Of a stretch of DNA of 64,000 nucleotides, positions 14,533 through 27,239 are shown in pieces (the first letter of the stretch is position 1; each line of letters opens with the position of its first letter). Source of the DNA: Marsupella aquatica (Eukaryota; Plantae; Marchantiophyta); the NCBI GenBank assembly GCA_973895155.1, contig OZ316897.1, positions 4,558,211-4,622,210 on the forward strand, given 5' to 3'. The notes below the pieces were generated by a model that was given only the letters and a program-made list of their open reading frames with translations, was not told the DNA's origin and did not search any database. The position numbers and the translations under genes are program-made.

Positions 14533-14574
<42 letters not shown>
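14533..14574. repeat. (AT)21 microsatellite
   Basis: Perfect AT dinucleotide run. Confidence 0.98.
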
Positions 14575-14577
<3 letters not shown>

Positions 14578-14632
14578 AAATCAAATATTATAATAGCTAT
14601 CCTGCCTAAAAGCTTCAGTGCAATCAACTCTA

Positions 14633-14750
14633 CATCTTTTATCATCTCAATATCTTTTTCTCACCTCAAGGTTTTTTTATCACCTCAACATCTTTTATCA
14701 CCTTGACATCTTTTATCACCTCAAGATCTTTTTATCACCTTGACATCTTT
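14633..14750. repeat. Minisatellite, ~6 x 18-19 bp
   Basis: Consensus CATCTTTTATCACCT(C/T)(A/G)A. Confidence 0.85.
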
Positions 14751-16270
14751 CGTGCAATGCATGGGCATCCGGGAAGTGCAACATAATACACTCTGAAGAA
14801 TTGCAAATATTCATCCATAAGAGTCTAAGATCAGGTTTATGCATTCTCTTATAAGTTTGTCATCTAGTCCCTTATGCACTTAAAAATGTTAAAACAGTGA
14901 AAATGGTAGACAATGCAAAAGGTGCATAGGAAAGCCTCTCACAAGGACATTGTTCTGGTAGCCTGACGGCAGGTCAAGGTGTTTTCCAGGGGACTTTGGC
15001 CTCGTGGAAGGGCATTAGGCCCTGGGCCTCAACTCCTCATAAATCCTCAGAATCAATATGTGGGTACATTCAACCCTAGAGGGGTTTTATTATGTTAGCT
15101 TCAATTGTTTTTACCTTACTATATACAAAAATATTATATCACATAAACACCGTTCTATACATTGTAAAGATGAGTGAATGAATAAAGGTAGCCTTCATTT
15201 TTATAAAGAGCTGGCGCCAAAGTCATTCCCATTTGCAGACACGAAATCCAAGATCTTTCTGATTACTTAAAACATAATACACTACATGAGTTATTGACAA
15301 AAGTATATATTCCAATTTGGAAGGTACGTAGGAAATTGTTGTGTAAGGATTTCAATGTGAACATTGCCTCCAACTTCTCTCAAATAGGACATTTCTCAGA
15401 CAGAAGAAATGTCTAGACTCTCTAAAACTTTGGCTATCTCTATGCTTTTCTGATTTTGCAAAGAGTTTCCATTTCTATTGATCAGTATCATCACTTATAC
15501 CATGGGTGAGCACTTCCATCACCTGCCTTTGGTCTTCGGTTGCTCACTTTCACATAATTACATTATACTCACTGATTAGTAAATCACTAGACAGTTTATG
15601 ATAAAATAGCTAAATCTTAAAACTCACAATAGAGCTATCAAGTAGTTTTCAATGCAACAAGGGTCTTGTTTACAACGCAGCATTCCCATAGACAAATTTT
15701 GATGCTAGGCTAATTGTAAGCTACACATATTTAGTATGTGTTTTTGAACAAAGTTGCATGCTTTGTTAGTATTGATCCACTCAGGAAAAACTTTTCATTT
15801 CAAACACAGATTTTTAAGTACTTTGCCACTTAAAGGTATTCAAATTTACAACTCTGCCATTGTTTTTATTGTATTAACAAATATGTCACACTTTTTGTAT
15901 GTGGTTTCCTTGGTATTGTTGGTGACTGTTGTCCACATACAAATTTTTGGCATATTTATAAATTAATAAAAAATGCTGCAATATTGTTAATTAAAACATC
16001 TTTAGGGGCAAAATATTTAAGAGTTGTTTCTAAAAAAACTTCTGACTCTCAATTGTTTTGTTTAGTGGAACTCTAATGAGAAGAGATACACTAATCATGC
16101 TTGATTAAAGTCATTTATGGAGATGTTTTAAATATTGAATATCCCAATGTGTGTGCCTTGCACAACTTCACCAAGGGCTAGAGACATAGAAGACAAGGGA
16201 GGCCAAGGCACACATGGCGAGACCAGGCATATAGGGCAAGGGTGAGGTATGTGGAAATGTTTTTGTATAA

Positions 16271-16419
16271 GGTAATGACGATGTGGTCGTCCATTACCGG
16301 GGTGTAGCGGACCAACCAGGTTCTGACACAGCCACGACCGGCCGCAGCCGAGAGTGACTGTGGAGGAACTGGGGAGGACCAGTTCTCCCCGATAACGGAC
16401 GACACAGATCGTCATTACC
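16271..16419. repeat. Inverted pair of dyad sites enclosing two hairpins
   Basis: 16271-16302 GGTAATGACGA-TGTGG-TCGTCCATTACC-GGGG is inverted relative to 16387-16419 CCCC-GATAACGGACGA-CACAGA-TCGTCATTACC. Internal hairpins at 16327-16362 and 16366-16385. Confidence 0.85.
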
Positions 16420-16990
16420 GGACATAAATCCGGATTACTGATCCAGTTACTGGTTTGACCAATGAGAGCAGGGTATCAAAATTTCCAGGGGTAAAGCAAG
16501 GCAAGAGCGACAATTGCGGCACATTCAAACATTTTCAGTTTAGGTATCAAAATAGGAGAGACCTCTTGTCGATAGCGGTACTGGGATTGCAGAGGAATGA
16601 GGGTCAGTTGCACAGCAATGGAGGCTAGTTGCTGTGAGTGGGTCTGGCGGATGTTGAGATGTTGCGAGTTGCTCGAAGCGAGGAATGGCGGATGAAGATA
16701 TCTGCTCATTTTGGAATCTGTTTGTGCTCGCTTGCTGTTGTTTTGCCCGCTATTTTGCATTTTTGCAATGTCATTTTTGCAATGTCATTTTTGCATGTGA
16801 ATAAGTGCTGGTAGAATCTCCTGCTACTATGTGTTTAATGGCTGTGGCTGAGCATCAACTTGTCTCAATTTTGACCATTACTGAATCTGTGCAGTCGGTG
16901 TTGCAGGGATATGGGAGGATGGAGGAGTTGACCGAAGATGGAGCTGGAACGGAGTGGAGTGCTGGCGATATTGATTACCTATATGTCAAG

Positions 16991-17339
16991 TGTTGAGCAT
17001 AGACGACAATCGCAACGGCAAGCCCATGAACCATCCAACGCACAAGAGTTGACACAGAGAGAATGATACGTGGTTCACCTCCACATGAGGCTACGTCCAC
17101 GGGAACACACATGAACTTTACTGCACTCTAGGCCGACTGGCCATACCAAGCATCCACAACACAAGCTCTCTTCATCTCTCAACTAGCTTTGTAACAATGA
17201 GCTAGAGTTCCCCCTCTCCAAGCAAACACCGCTTGGTTATAGAGTGTGCACAGCATGACTAACCTAACCAAGTCTGCGACTAAGGTTAGCCTTAACTACG
17301 GTATATTCGTAACTCTAGACCTAAGAGTAAATCCTAATA
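16991..17339 (-). repeat. 3' LTR of the copia element (349 bp)
   Basis: Direct repeat of 23328-23672 with 19 substitutions and one 4-bp indel by hand count. Its inner terminal TG is mutated to TA. Confidence 0.97.
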
Positions 17340-17340
17340 A

Positions 17341-17350
17341 TCTCCCCCTT
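17341..17350 (-). other. Polypurine tract
   Basis: AAGGGGGAGA on the minus strand, 1 nt from the 3' LTR. Confidence 0.9.
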
Positions 17351-17532
17351 GACTCTGGTCTAGGGGAGGGTACAAAGACTGCTACCAATATGACTGCTCA
17401 GCGGGAAGTTCTGGAAAGAAAAACCAAACCGGTTTTTCCCTCTTTATACGAGAGTAGACCAGAACTAAGCTGTAGCCTATACAAGGAATGAGCAAGAGCA
17501 TATCTCAGTATCTACACAAATGTTAAGTAACC

Positions 17533-20500
17533 CTACTTGTGAGGCAATTGCAAAACCTGCAACGCATCACGGTGTCTAGAAAAACTCTCCAAAAGAATCA
17601 CTTTGGTAAAAGCGTCAGCCGGGTTGAGTTTACCGTCAATCTTGACTAGCTCAAACATATTATCAGACATAGCCTGCCTGATAAAATGGTACCTGACGTC
17701 GATGTGCTTCACTCTGCTGTCCATCACCTGGTTCATAGCAAGGTGGAGTGCACTCTGACTATCACAATGGAGCTTCACATTCCCCCGTGGCAATCCCATT
17801 TTAGTGATAAGTCTATCCAACCAAATCGCTTCCTTTGCTGCTTCCCCTGCTGCAATATACTCCGCTTCTGTAGTAGACTGAGCAATACACTTCTACAAAG
17901 TAGACCTCCAACTTATGCATCCATCTTCCAGTGTGAACACATAACCTGTTGTTGACCTCCTCCGATCCAAATCCTGTGCATAGTCAGCATCTACATAGCC
18001 CATCAATGATCTAGTATTATCAGCATGTGCATCAAACAATAGACCATGATCCACGGTACCCTTCAAATACCAAATAATCCACTTCACTGCTTCCCAGTGT
18101 ACCTTCCCTGGATTTGACATGTACCTGCTCACCTTGCCCATAGCCATGGCAAGATCAGGTCTAGTGCAAGTCATCAATACATGAGACTCCCCACTACCTT
18201 GTCATACGGAATCTTTGACATCAACCCCTTCTTTGTGTCATCTATAGGACAGAAAGCTGATGACAACTTGAAGTGTGGAGCCAACGGGGTACTTACTGGC
18301 TTGCTATCCCCCATGTTGAACCTTGCAATTACCTTCCTCGCATAACTGCTCTACGTCAATCATAGCTTGCCAGCCTCCAAGTCCCTAGTGATCTCCATAC
18401 CCACAATCCTCTTAGCTGGCCCTAAGTCCTTCATCTTAAACTCTGCACTAAGCAGTGCCTTGAGCTTAACAATCTCAGACCTATCCTTGGCCGCAATAAG
18501 CATGTCATCCACATAAAGTACTAGAACAATGAACCCAAAAACAACATTCTTCACCGGTTTAAGATACACACATGGGTCAAACACACTCCTGTGAAAGCCT
18601 TGTGCACGGATCCAATCATCAAACCGCTTATTCCACTATCTTGATGACTGCTTCAACCCGTACAAGGATCTCAGCAATCTGCAAACCAGATCCTCTTGCC
18701 CTTTCTTCACAAAACCTAGCGGCTGTCTCATGGAGATCACCTCTTCCAAGGTGCCATAGAGGAAAGTTGTGACAACATCCATCTGATCTAGCAGCAGACC
18801 AAGCATAACAACAAGCACACATAATAGCCGTATTGTTGAGTACTTAGCAACTGGTGAGAAGACCTCATTGTAATCCACACCTTTTTCCTGTGTGAATCCC
18901 TTGGCTACCAACCTAGCCTTGTAGACCTTCGATCCACATCCTGTGGACTGATCTTTCAGCTTGTATATCCACTTGCTGTCCCTCAGGCAGCTTGACAAGC
19001 TCCCAAGTTTTGTTGTCCTTCAGTGACTGCATTTCCGTTTGCATTGCTACAGCCCACTTCTGCTTCTCCTTTGAAGCACTTGCTTCTAAAGAAGGTTCCC
19101 CTTCTTCCAAAATCAATGTGTCACCCTCATCATCAGTAACAAAGTCCTCCTCTTGCAATTGAGATGAATCAACCCACTGTCCATACCTTGGTGGAGCGCG
19201 TACAGTGCGACTAGATGCTCTTCTAGCCGATGACTCTGGTTGATCTGCGTGTGCTGGTACAATTTGAAGCTCAGCAACATCCACTTGCTGCTCACCAGCA
19301 TCAACAGACTCCTCTGGTTCCTTTGGTATAGGAATCAACTCCATAATTGGAGCAACTCCTTCTCTCCGGTCATGCACCTTATGACCAATCTCCCCCTCAA
19401 TGAGATCCGGGATAGGAGATTTTTCTTTGTCAATATGGGAGACCTGAGTGTTCTCCCCCTCTTTCAATAATCTGGATTCATTGAAGGAAACATCTCTACT
19501 GACAACGAGCTTGCAGGCAATAGGATCCCATAGCCTATAGGCTTTCACATCACTCTGGTACCCAAGAAAAACACATTTCTTGGAGGTAGGATCCAACTTG
19601 GTCCTATTCTGCTTTGGTGTGAGAGCATATGCATCACTTCCAAAAACTACCAAGCCATGATAGTCTGCTTGTCGCTTATAGCGCATCTCAAATGACATTT
19701 TAAAATTGATAGCACTAGAAGGAGAAAGATTTACCAAATAAGTTGTGATATTGATAGCTTTTGCCCAAAATTCTTGTGGTAAACCTGATTGGCTCAACAT
19801 ACTCCGTGACCGCTCCAACAGTGTCCGATTGAGCCTCTCAGCGACACCATTCTGCTGCGGAGTATAAACTATGGTGAGATGGCGAGTCATCCCCTATTCT
19901 GAATAGTACTCTTCAAATTCCACTGAAGTTTACTCCCCGCCGTTATCTTACCTCAGACTCTTCACCCTTGTATCCAAACACTTGACCGTGTTCCCAGTCT
20001 GATTCTCCACCTGGGCCTTCCACTTCTTAAAAATGGACAAGACATCAGACTTATGCATCATGAAATAAATCCACACAAATCTTGAGTAATCATCAATAAA
20101 AAATACATAGTACAACTTTCTAGAGTGTAAGGGAGTTGGGGATGGATCCCATACGTCACTATGTATGTACTCAAGAACCGCTTTGGAATGATGAGTTCCA
20201 ACATCGAAAGCACGACGATGCTGCTTTCCAAGAATGCAATGCTCACAAAACTCTAATTTACAAGATTGCCAAACCCTTCTCACTCATGTGGCCTAGCCGT
20301 GAATGCCACAATCGAGTCATCTCCTCGTGAGACTTGGTTACATTGGCCTCTCCACATACAATATTGCCCTGTAACACATACAAATTCTTTTGTCTGCTCC
20401 CTTTCAAAATCACTGTCTCTCTCGACCTGACTTGAAGTTCACCATCAATAACGCTCCATTGATGACCATTTGAATCCAACACACCGAGTGAAATTAGATT

Positions 20501-21791
20501 CTTATGCATGCCAGCTACATACCTGACTCCGAACACTGTGCGCATAGCGCTATCAAACATTTGAATCTTCACAGACCCAATTCCTTCAATTTGACAGGAG
20601 TGATCATTTCCCATCAGAATTGAACTGTTTTGAAATAGAGTAAGAACTGAAAAACTCACGAATGTAACAAATATGAAAAGAGCAAGCACAATCAAGAATC
20701 CATACATCATCTGCTCTCCTAGATGACGTGCACAGGGCATATCCTTGGCTTCATAATACATACTCATCATTGAGTAAATCAACATCTCCATCAGCCCTAG
20801 CCACATTTGCCGATGAAGATTCAGCTGCCTTTTCCTTACAGTCTCGCTTGAAGTGTCCAACCTGGTTGCACTTCCAACATGTCACCTGCCTCCTCTGAGG
20901 GGATTTGCTCCTGGACTTAGATATGGATTTAGATCTAAACTGGGTTCTACGGTCCCCAGTTGGTCGCTGCATACTCCTCCCACGGTTAACATTGAGGGCA
21001 ACACCAGATGAAGAAGGCTGTGACGTGATGTGCATCTTTTGCTAAAGATCATCACTAAGCAAAGAACTTACAACGTCATTGTATGAAATGGTATCCCTAT
21101 CACGATGCAACAACACCCGTGATAGGGACTGGTAAGATGGAGACAATGAACTGAGAAGCTGCAGAGCCTTCATCTCATCATTCAAACTCTCCCCAAGGTT
21201 TTCCAAGTCAACGACCATGTCGTTGAAAGCATCCACATGGTCCTACAATTTTGTACCGGATTCCTTCATCCTGAAACTCATCAGTTTGTAGGAAGTATAG
21301 AGCTAGTTTGACAACTCCTTGCGGTGATACTTGCTCTGCAATTACGCAAACAAGGATATGCAATCCTTATGTGCACCCAACTGCTTGATGATGGGAGGCA
21401 TGAGATAGAGTGTAACACACCACACTCCCTGCTCCTGGATGCGGTCCCATTGTTTCTCATCAACATCGTCTTCACGAGGGCTCAGCAGTTGGCCCATCCC
21501 CGACGCATAGAGCACTCCCTTCATCTGCTTCTCCCACAGCAAGTAGTCAGAGCGCCCATCATACTTTGTCACTTCATACTTGGGGCCCCCAAGCTTGAAC
21601 ATCCCCATCTTCTTCTTTTGCACTACCGTGAGCTCCGGTAGTAGAACAACTTCCTCCACCACACGCCGCATCGGTGATGGTACCGGTATCACGTGCTTTT
21701 CCTCCTGCTCCTCTCTCTCCACCTCAAACCGTCGCAGTGATCCTCGTGCTTCAAGTTCCACGTCTTTGAAAATCTCCTCCGAATCACTCAT
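17533..21791 (-). pseudogene. copia gag-pol polyprotein, fragmented by frameshifts and stops
   Basis: KYEVTKYDGRSDYLLW (gag), CWKCNQVGHFKRDC (Zn knuckle), WILDCACSFHIC (protease, altered site), LWHSRLGHMSEKGL, CEHCILGK, FIDDYSR and TPQQNGVAERLNRTL (integrase), YKARLVAKGF and LYVDDML (RT), YVDADYA and HIDVRYHFIR (RNase H). Confidence 0.95.
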
Positions 21792-23313
21792 AAGAGAAAA
21801 TCACGAAAAAATGTCGTTTTTCACAACTTCTCAAAAAACTCAAAACTAAACACTGCCGCGTAGCCCACAAAGCTAGGAGTCCAACATTGAAAACCAAAAT
21901 TGAAATTGAAGTTCGATGGAAAAGTTATTCAAATTTTGGTTGAGGTGGATAAAACCTTGGGAAACTTCCCCGTTTTTACCACCTCAGGGAATAACCAAAA
22001 TGCCAAGTACAACCCATCTTCAAAATCGCAATTTGATTGGTGCGTCGCGTTGCTAACTTCAATGGCTACAACCTCACCGAAAAAGAACCAAAAAAATTAC
22101 CATTCGGTGCACGGAATCTTTGTTGGACGGCCAAAAAACAGCTCTCTGTTTTTTGGGAATATTCCCACACAGTTTGAAGGTCTCACAGGGGGCCGTTCCC
22201 CCTGTCTAAGCGGTTAAAACGGAGGGTCATAGGGCCCGGGATGCGGCACAACCAATGAGGAGGAGGACAGAAAAAAATTCCAAAAATGCACTTTAGAGGG
22301 GCCTTAAAGCCCCTGGAAAACGCGCACGTATTCGCGGCCATGCTCGCGTATTTGCGACCAGAATCGCGTATAATGTGCAAAAAAAACGTGAAAAAATGGG
22401 TTTAAAGGGGTCAAAATGCGCGTATTTTTGCGTATTTGGGCCATACAAGGGCGTTTTGGGCTGTATTTTCACCAGAAAGAGCACATTTTGGTGCTGAAAG
22501 GGGTATGGGAGGCCGGGGCGCACGCCGAGGCATATGGCGAAGTAGGTTTGTTGGGATTTGAAGGTATACAAGCCGTATGGAGGCATAAAAATGCCCTAAA
22601 CTAACCTTAAAATGTGTCAAAAATGACACAAAGGCCGTGTTACAAACCTCAGCTGCCTCCGCTTTGGTTTCCAAAGAAAAGTGATGACCGCCGACATGAA
22701 AATGTTGCCAAATTGCACCGGCACATCTGCAGCTCCACCAGAGAAGAGAAAACCTCCGCCGTGTCTTACTCTCTCCGTGTCAAGGGCCAATCCTAGACTC
22801 AAAACGATCGCCTCACCAGGATCTCTCCGTTGAGCCTCAGCACTTCGCGTTTCTTCCTCCGAGTCAAGCGTCACAACGAGTAATCCGGTTCAGGGAAAAA
22901 CAAGCATCATAGCTTGTTAAAAAACCAGAACTCAACTTTCACTCGTCACGACGCACTCACTCTACAAACGCCAGCAAACCAGGTACCAAAACGACCAGCT
23001 CTATTCAACCTTCAACTTGAGCTATAACATGCGATGTCTCCCGCACCGCACAGCTCACACCGTTGAAAACACGAGCTCTGGTCTCTCCCCCGAAAAACCA
23101 TCGAACACAAATAAATCCAGAACGACGCAAACTCCAGGTCCTCCGCACCACAGATACCAACCAGTGAGTTCTATACACCGATAGAAAGCCCTCTCACTAA
23201 TCTATCCGCTCAGTCACACACATTCAAGTTTCATGTGATGAAACTCCAAATGCAACACCGACACTGAACGTTGGAAAACTGTCACAAAAAAAACCTCGTC
23301 ACCTCCCAGGCAT

Positions 23314-23325
23314 GCTCTGATACCA
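23314..23325 (-). promoter_or_regulatory. Primer-binding site complementary to the 3' end of tRNA-iMet
   Basis: TGGTATCAGAGC on the minus strand, 2 nt downstream of the 5' LTR. Confidence 0.95.
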
Positions 23326-23327
23326 AT

Positions 23328-23672
23328 TGTTGAGCATAGACGACAATTGCAACGGCAAGCCCATGAACCATCCAACGCACAAGAGTTGACACAGAGAGAT
23401 ACGTGATTCACCTCCATATGAGGCTACGTCCACGGGAACACACATGAGCTTTATTGCACTCTAGGCCGACCGGCCATACCAAGCATCCACAGCACAAACT
23501 CTCTCTATCTCTCAACTAGCTCCGTAACAATGAGCCTGAGTTCCCCCTCTCCAAGCAAACACCGCTTGGTTATAGAGTGTGCACAACATGACTAACCTAA
23601 CCAAGTCTGTGACTAAGGTTAGCCTTAACTACGGTACATTCGTAACTCTAGACCTAATAGTAAATCCTAACA
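23328..23672 (-). repeat. 5' LTR of the copia element (345 bp)
   Basis: TG...CA termini, adjacent to the PBS and the TSD. Confidence 0.97.
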
Positions 23673-25658
23673 TCAAGGAGCTACAGAATGAGCAACCGTC
23701 TGAGCTTGAAGATATCAATTTACGCAGTGTTTTGGACAAAACTGCTAGAGAAGCTATGTCTGTTGAAGTTCTCTCTACTCTTTCCTGTGCAAGGCCTGTT
23801 AAGCAGTTGCAAGTAAGTATGCTAGGGTTACGGGCGCTTTCTGACCCTGCACTAGTTGAGGCAAGTAGAGGGGAGGAGAAGTTGGCCTCGCATAGCAACG
23901 ATCGATGGGCATTAAGATGTGTTGACAACCTAAGATTGGGTCTAGGCTGGGACATGACGATTCCTCTCGAGAATCTCCCTTTTCAGCAGCTTGACGAGCT
24001 GCTTAGCAATCTGTTTATGAGAGTTGTGAAGGTGGACGGTACTCCATATCCTTCAGCCACTCTTATGAATATGATGAATGGTTTTAACCAAATCTTGAGG
24101 CATGCAAGCGACATTCGATCACTGAGAGGTGAGGTAAACTTCTTGGAGAAAGATTTTAACATTATCGCTCATCCAGCTTTTGCTAGAACTTGCATGGTAC
24201 TCAATGTTGCCATCAAGAAGAGTGCCAAGGATGGAGTAAACAAAAAGAGGAAGAAGGTATGTATCTTGTTCTTATTTTCTGTCAAAGTTGATGTGCATTT
24301 GCTGTTTGTTCACATTTGACTGTGTTTTGAAACTTGCAGGTTGAAGTCTTGATAGAGGAGTGGAGAAGGCTATCTTAGCAGACATTGATCATCAGATGAC
24401 CTACAGCCATGGATGTCAGAAGCGATTGGCATTCTTTTGTCTTGTCAGGCTGGGTCTTCGAGGAGGAGGGAAGATGTACAACTTGCACCGTAATGACTTG
24501 ACCACTTGCCTAGACAAAGCAAGAAGAGAATATGTGATGTAAATACGTCATATTTGTTCGATTCAATAAATATATCAAGTTTCTTGCTGTATTGCTTGAC
24601 TGACCAAGTTTTATGTGGTCTCTATGGGGCAGGTTTGAAGAGAGGCAGAGCAATTAAGAACAATTCGTACACACTCCAGAGATACCAGGAGGAGCAATTT
24701 AAATGTTTTTCACAGTTATGACCAGGACTTTCTCATGATAGTGAAGCAATACAAGCGGCATTTGCCTTCTCAAGAAGAAACAGACAAACCTGATTTGTTT
24801 ATGCAGGCCATCACAAAACCAGCCGGGATTAACTGGTACAACAAGTCTCACAAGATGGGGGAGAGAAACTGTTGGTAAGTGGTTGAAAAACATGGCTTTG
24901 TTAATTGGATTGCCACCTGAATTGTTCACCAATCATAGCGGGAGAGCTACTCTTATCACCCAAATGAGTGCTTGAGGAGTTCCTGATGTTGTAGGTATGC
25001 TAATCAGCGGACACCATTCAACTGGGGGCTACTTGAGGTATGATCGTACTCAGAGACTTAAAATGGAAGCTGCCACTTTAGTGTCTGCTCATCCTGAACT
25101 GAGCTATGAGAAAGCCTTAACACATGTTTCTAAACAATTTGTCCAAGAGGAGCTGGTTGGCTTGTGCTCTGGTTTGAAGCCTCTTGTCAGCAGGGTGGGC
25201 GAGAATATGCAATTGACCATCACCAATCACTTGCCGGTAGGTAAACAGATCTCCTTCCTATAATTTGTAATCAGTTGCTCCTCATTTGGTTTACAGTGTA
25301 TGTTTTTTACTTCATTTCTGGTTTGAAATGACAGGTATGGGATGAAGGACGTGGGAAGGAGAACAATGGTATGCTGTTGGAGTCCACTGAAGCTTTGACC
25401 AATGTGTCCGACTGTTCAAACAACAAGAGATGAAGATGGGAGTCTACTGACAATTTTGATTGGGAGAATGAGATTATGACCAAGAATCCAGAGCTGTTTC
25501 AGAAAATGTCAAAGTTGCCGAAGTCTCGTTTGACTATAGGAACTAATCTGATAGGGAATTCGTTCCATAATTGTAGTGTGACAATAAAGGTTGTTCAGCC
25601 CAATACCGAGGATGACAAAGAGAATAGTTAGCTCCAGAGTAATTCTTTTTGAGATATT

Positions 25659-27239
25659 TTTATCTGGAACATTTTTTGGTCCTTTTCAAGTAAAACCCAC
25701 GAAACCCACGGGAAGGAGGCCAAAGCAGCCAAAACAACATCCAAAATGCCAAGCAACCACGGTCGAGGCCCCATGGGACAGAGCCGGCAAGGAGCACAAA
25801 GCACATGAGTGCTTGTAGGAGTGACAAAGCCTAAGGTAGAACTGTCTAACATCTAAAGGCCTTGTAAGTCACCAGACCACAAACCGATCCATAGTGGATG
25901 GCCACTACAGCCCTAAGAGTTGCTATCAAGAAAGTGGACAGGCAAAATAGAAAAACGTCAGTTGAATGAACTAGTCTAGAGAGCCAGAGCTCACTTCTAA
26001 GCCTAAAAGAGCCACTGCCTTCCCCTAGTAAGAGCCTAGTGAGAAAAAAGTGCTTCACCATGTCGCGAAGGCATCCTTCCTTCCGAGCCACCTCCTTCTC
26101 TCACTGAGCAATGCTTCCTTGGCCTGGAGGAGCCTCGCATGCTTGCAACAGGGGCCATAAGTTTCACACAACCCATGAATGTTGTCCGCCATTTCAGAGA
26201 GGACTAGATTAAAATTGAAGGAGCGTCTTATTAGGGGATTGAAAAATTGTTCATTTCTGGCATTCCACAAAGTCCACAAGACCTGATATACCATGAAGGC
26301 CACGATTGTGTGCGTAAAGCGGGGGCCTTTGAAAGAACCAAGCAGTTGCATAATATCCGCAAGAGGCTAGAGAATGATACCAGGAAAAGACTGAGATGCC
26401 AAACTCCAGCATTTACGTGCAAATTGACATTTAAAGAAGAGGTGAGGGATGGATTCTAGTTCCGTAGAGCAGATTTGGCACATACCATTGCTCTTCCCGA
26501 TTCTAAGAGCCCGCGTGCCTGTGAAAAGTCCTTGTGCAAGTATCCTCCATACAAAGGTGCGGGATTTCAGAGGTAAGTCCGAAGTCCATAGTGACAGCCA
26601 TATGTTATTCCATTCCGGCTCCGTGAGAGCAGTATGCCAAATCCCGTTTAGCCGTCTGTAGTCTGTTCCTTTGGGTGTGAGCAACTGGTACATGCGTGCA
26701 TTAGGTAGTGTAAAGCGCCTCAATGATTCGGGTTTGTCCGACCACCGCCTTTGCCCTGCAAAAGTGTGCCCAGACCGCATTTGATCTGTAAAATAGGTGA
26801 TTTTGCTTAAGAAGCCCAAGCTCAATTCTTTAGTCCTATCATCCAAGCCTTGCACTCTGGCTAATTTGCTGGAATAAAAAGCGAAGTTGCTTGGAGAAGG
26901 CTCTTTAAGATCTGCTACATCCCGGATCCCGATCCTGCCACAAGTCCTGTTGATGGCACAAATTGTGTCTTCCCCAAGATCTTGCAGGCCCTCCATGCAT
27001 CGGATCACATCCTCCACCCACCATTGTTTTGCCACTGCAGTGTCCCTAGGAGAAAAAATGAGATGTGTACGTAACGTCTCCCAGGAGTGCCAAAGACTTC
27101 CAGTGTAGCTCATTCCACTGAAAGCCCGAGGGGTAGCAGAGTAAGAGTCGATCCGTAAAGGAATAATTGTTCCGCCTGATTGTTTTGGCATTACGCCATT
27201 TAGCTAGACATAGGTTTGCTGCAAACAACCGGGCCCAGT
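25659..27239 (-). mobile_element. 5'-truncated L1-like LINE (ORF2 C-terminus with zf-RVT, plus 3' UTR), ~1.58 kb
   Basis: PLKSRTFVWRILAQGLFTG, CQICSTELESIPHLFFKC and LWTLWNARNEQFF. Identical 17-bp flanks ATTCTTTTTGAGATATT at 25642-25658 and 27240-27256 (TSD). Short A-rich 3' end. Confidence 0.92.

Larger units (their letters stand above)
16991..23672 (-). mobile_element. Full-length Ty1/copia LTR retrotransposon (Tnt1/Tork-like), 6682 bp, degenerate
   Basis: Two ~347-bp LTRs, 5-bp TSD TCAAG (16986-16990, 23673-23677), tRNA-iMet PBS, PPT, and domain order gag-PR-INT-RT-RNaseH. Confidence 0.98.
16919..25631 (+). pseudogene. Intron-containing tyrosine recombinase of Crypton/DUF3504 type, disrupted
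   Basis: Removing the copia and one TSD joins ...GDIDYLYVK (16919-16990) in frame to ELQNEQ... (23678-24256). Further exons: 24340-24538, 24633-25236, 25335-25631 (GT-AG). Motifs: LDELLSNLFMRVVKVDGTPY, GLRGG (R at 24459), FEERQS/KNN, WY..MG, TNHSGRAT (24934-24945), ISGH, RY (Y at 25039), C-terminal FHNCSVTI. About 4 frameshifts and in-frame TGA at 24973 and ~25431. The start codon is uncertain. Confidence 0.85.

Noticed and set aside
23579-23677. N-terminus of the 246-aa ORF (MHNMTNLTK...)
   Set aside because: It is LTR sequence (the same peptide appears at 17246); the real upstream coding part is at 16919-16990.
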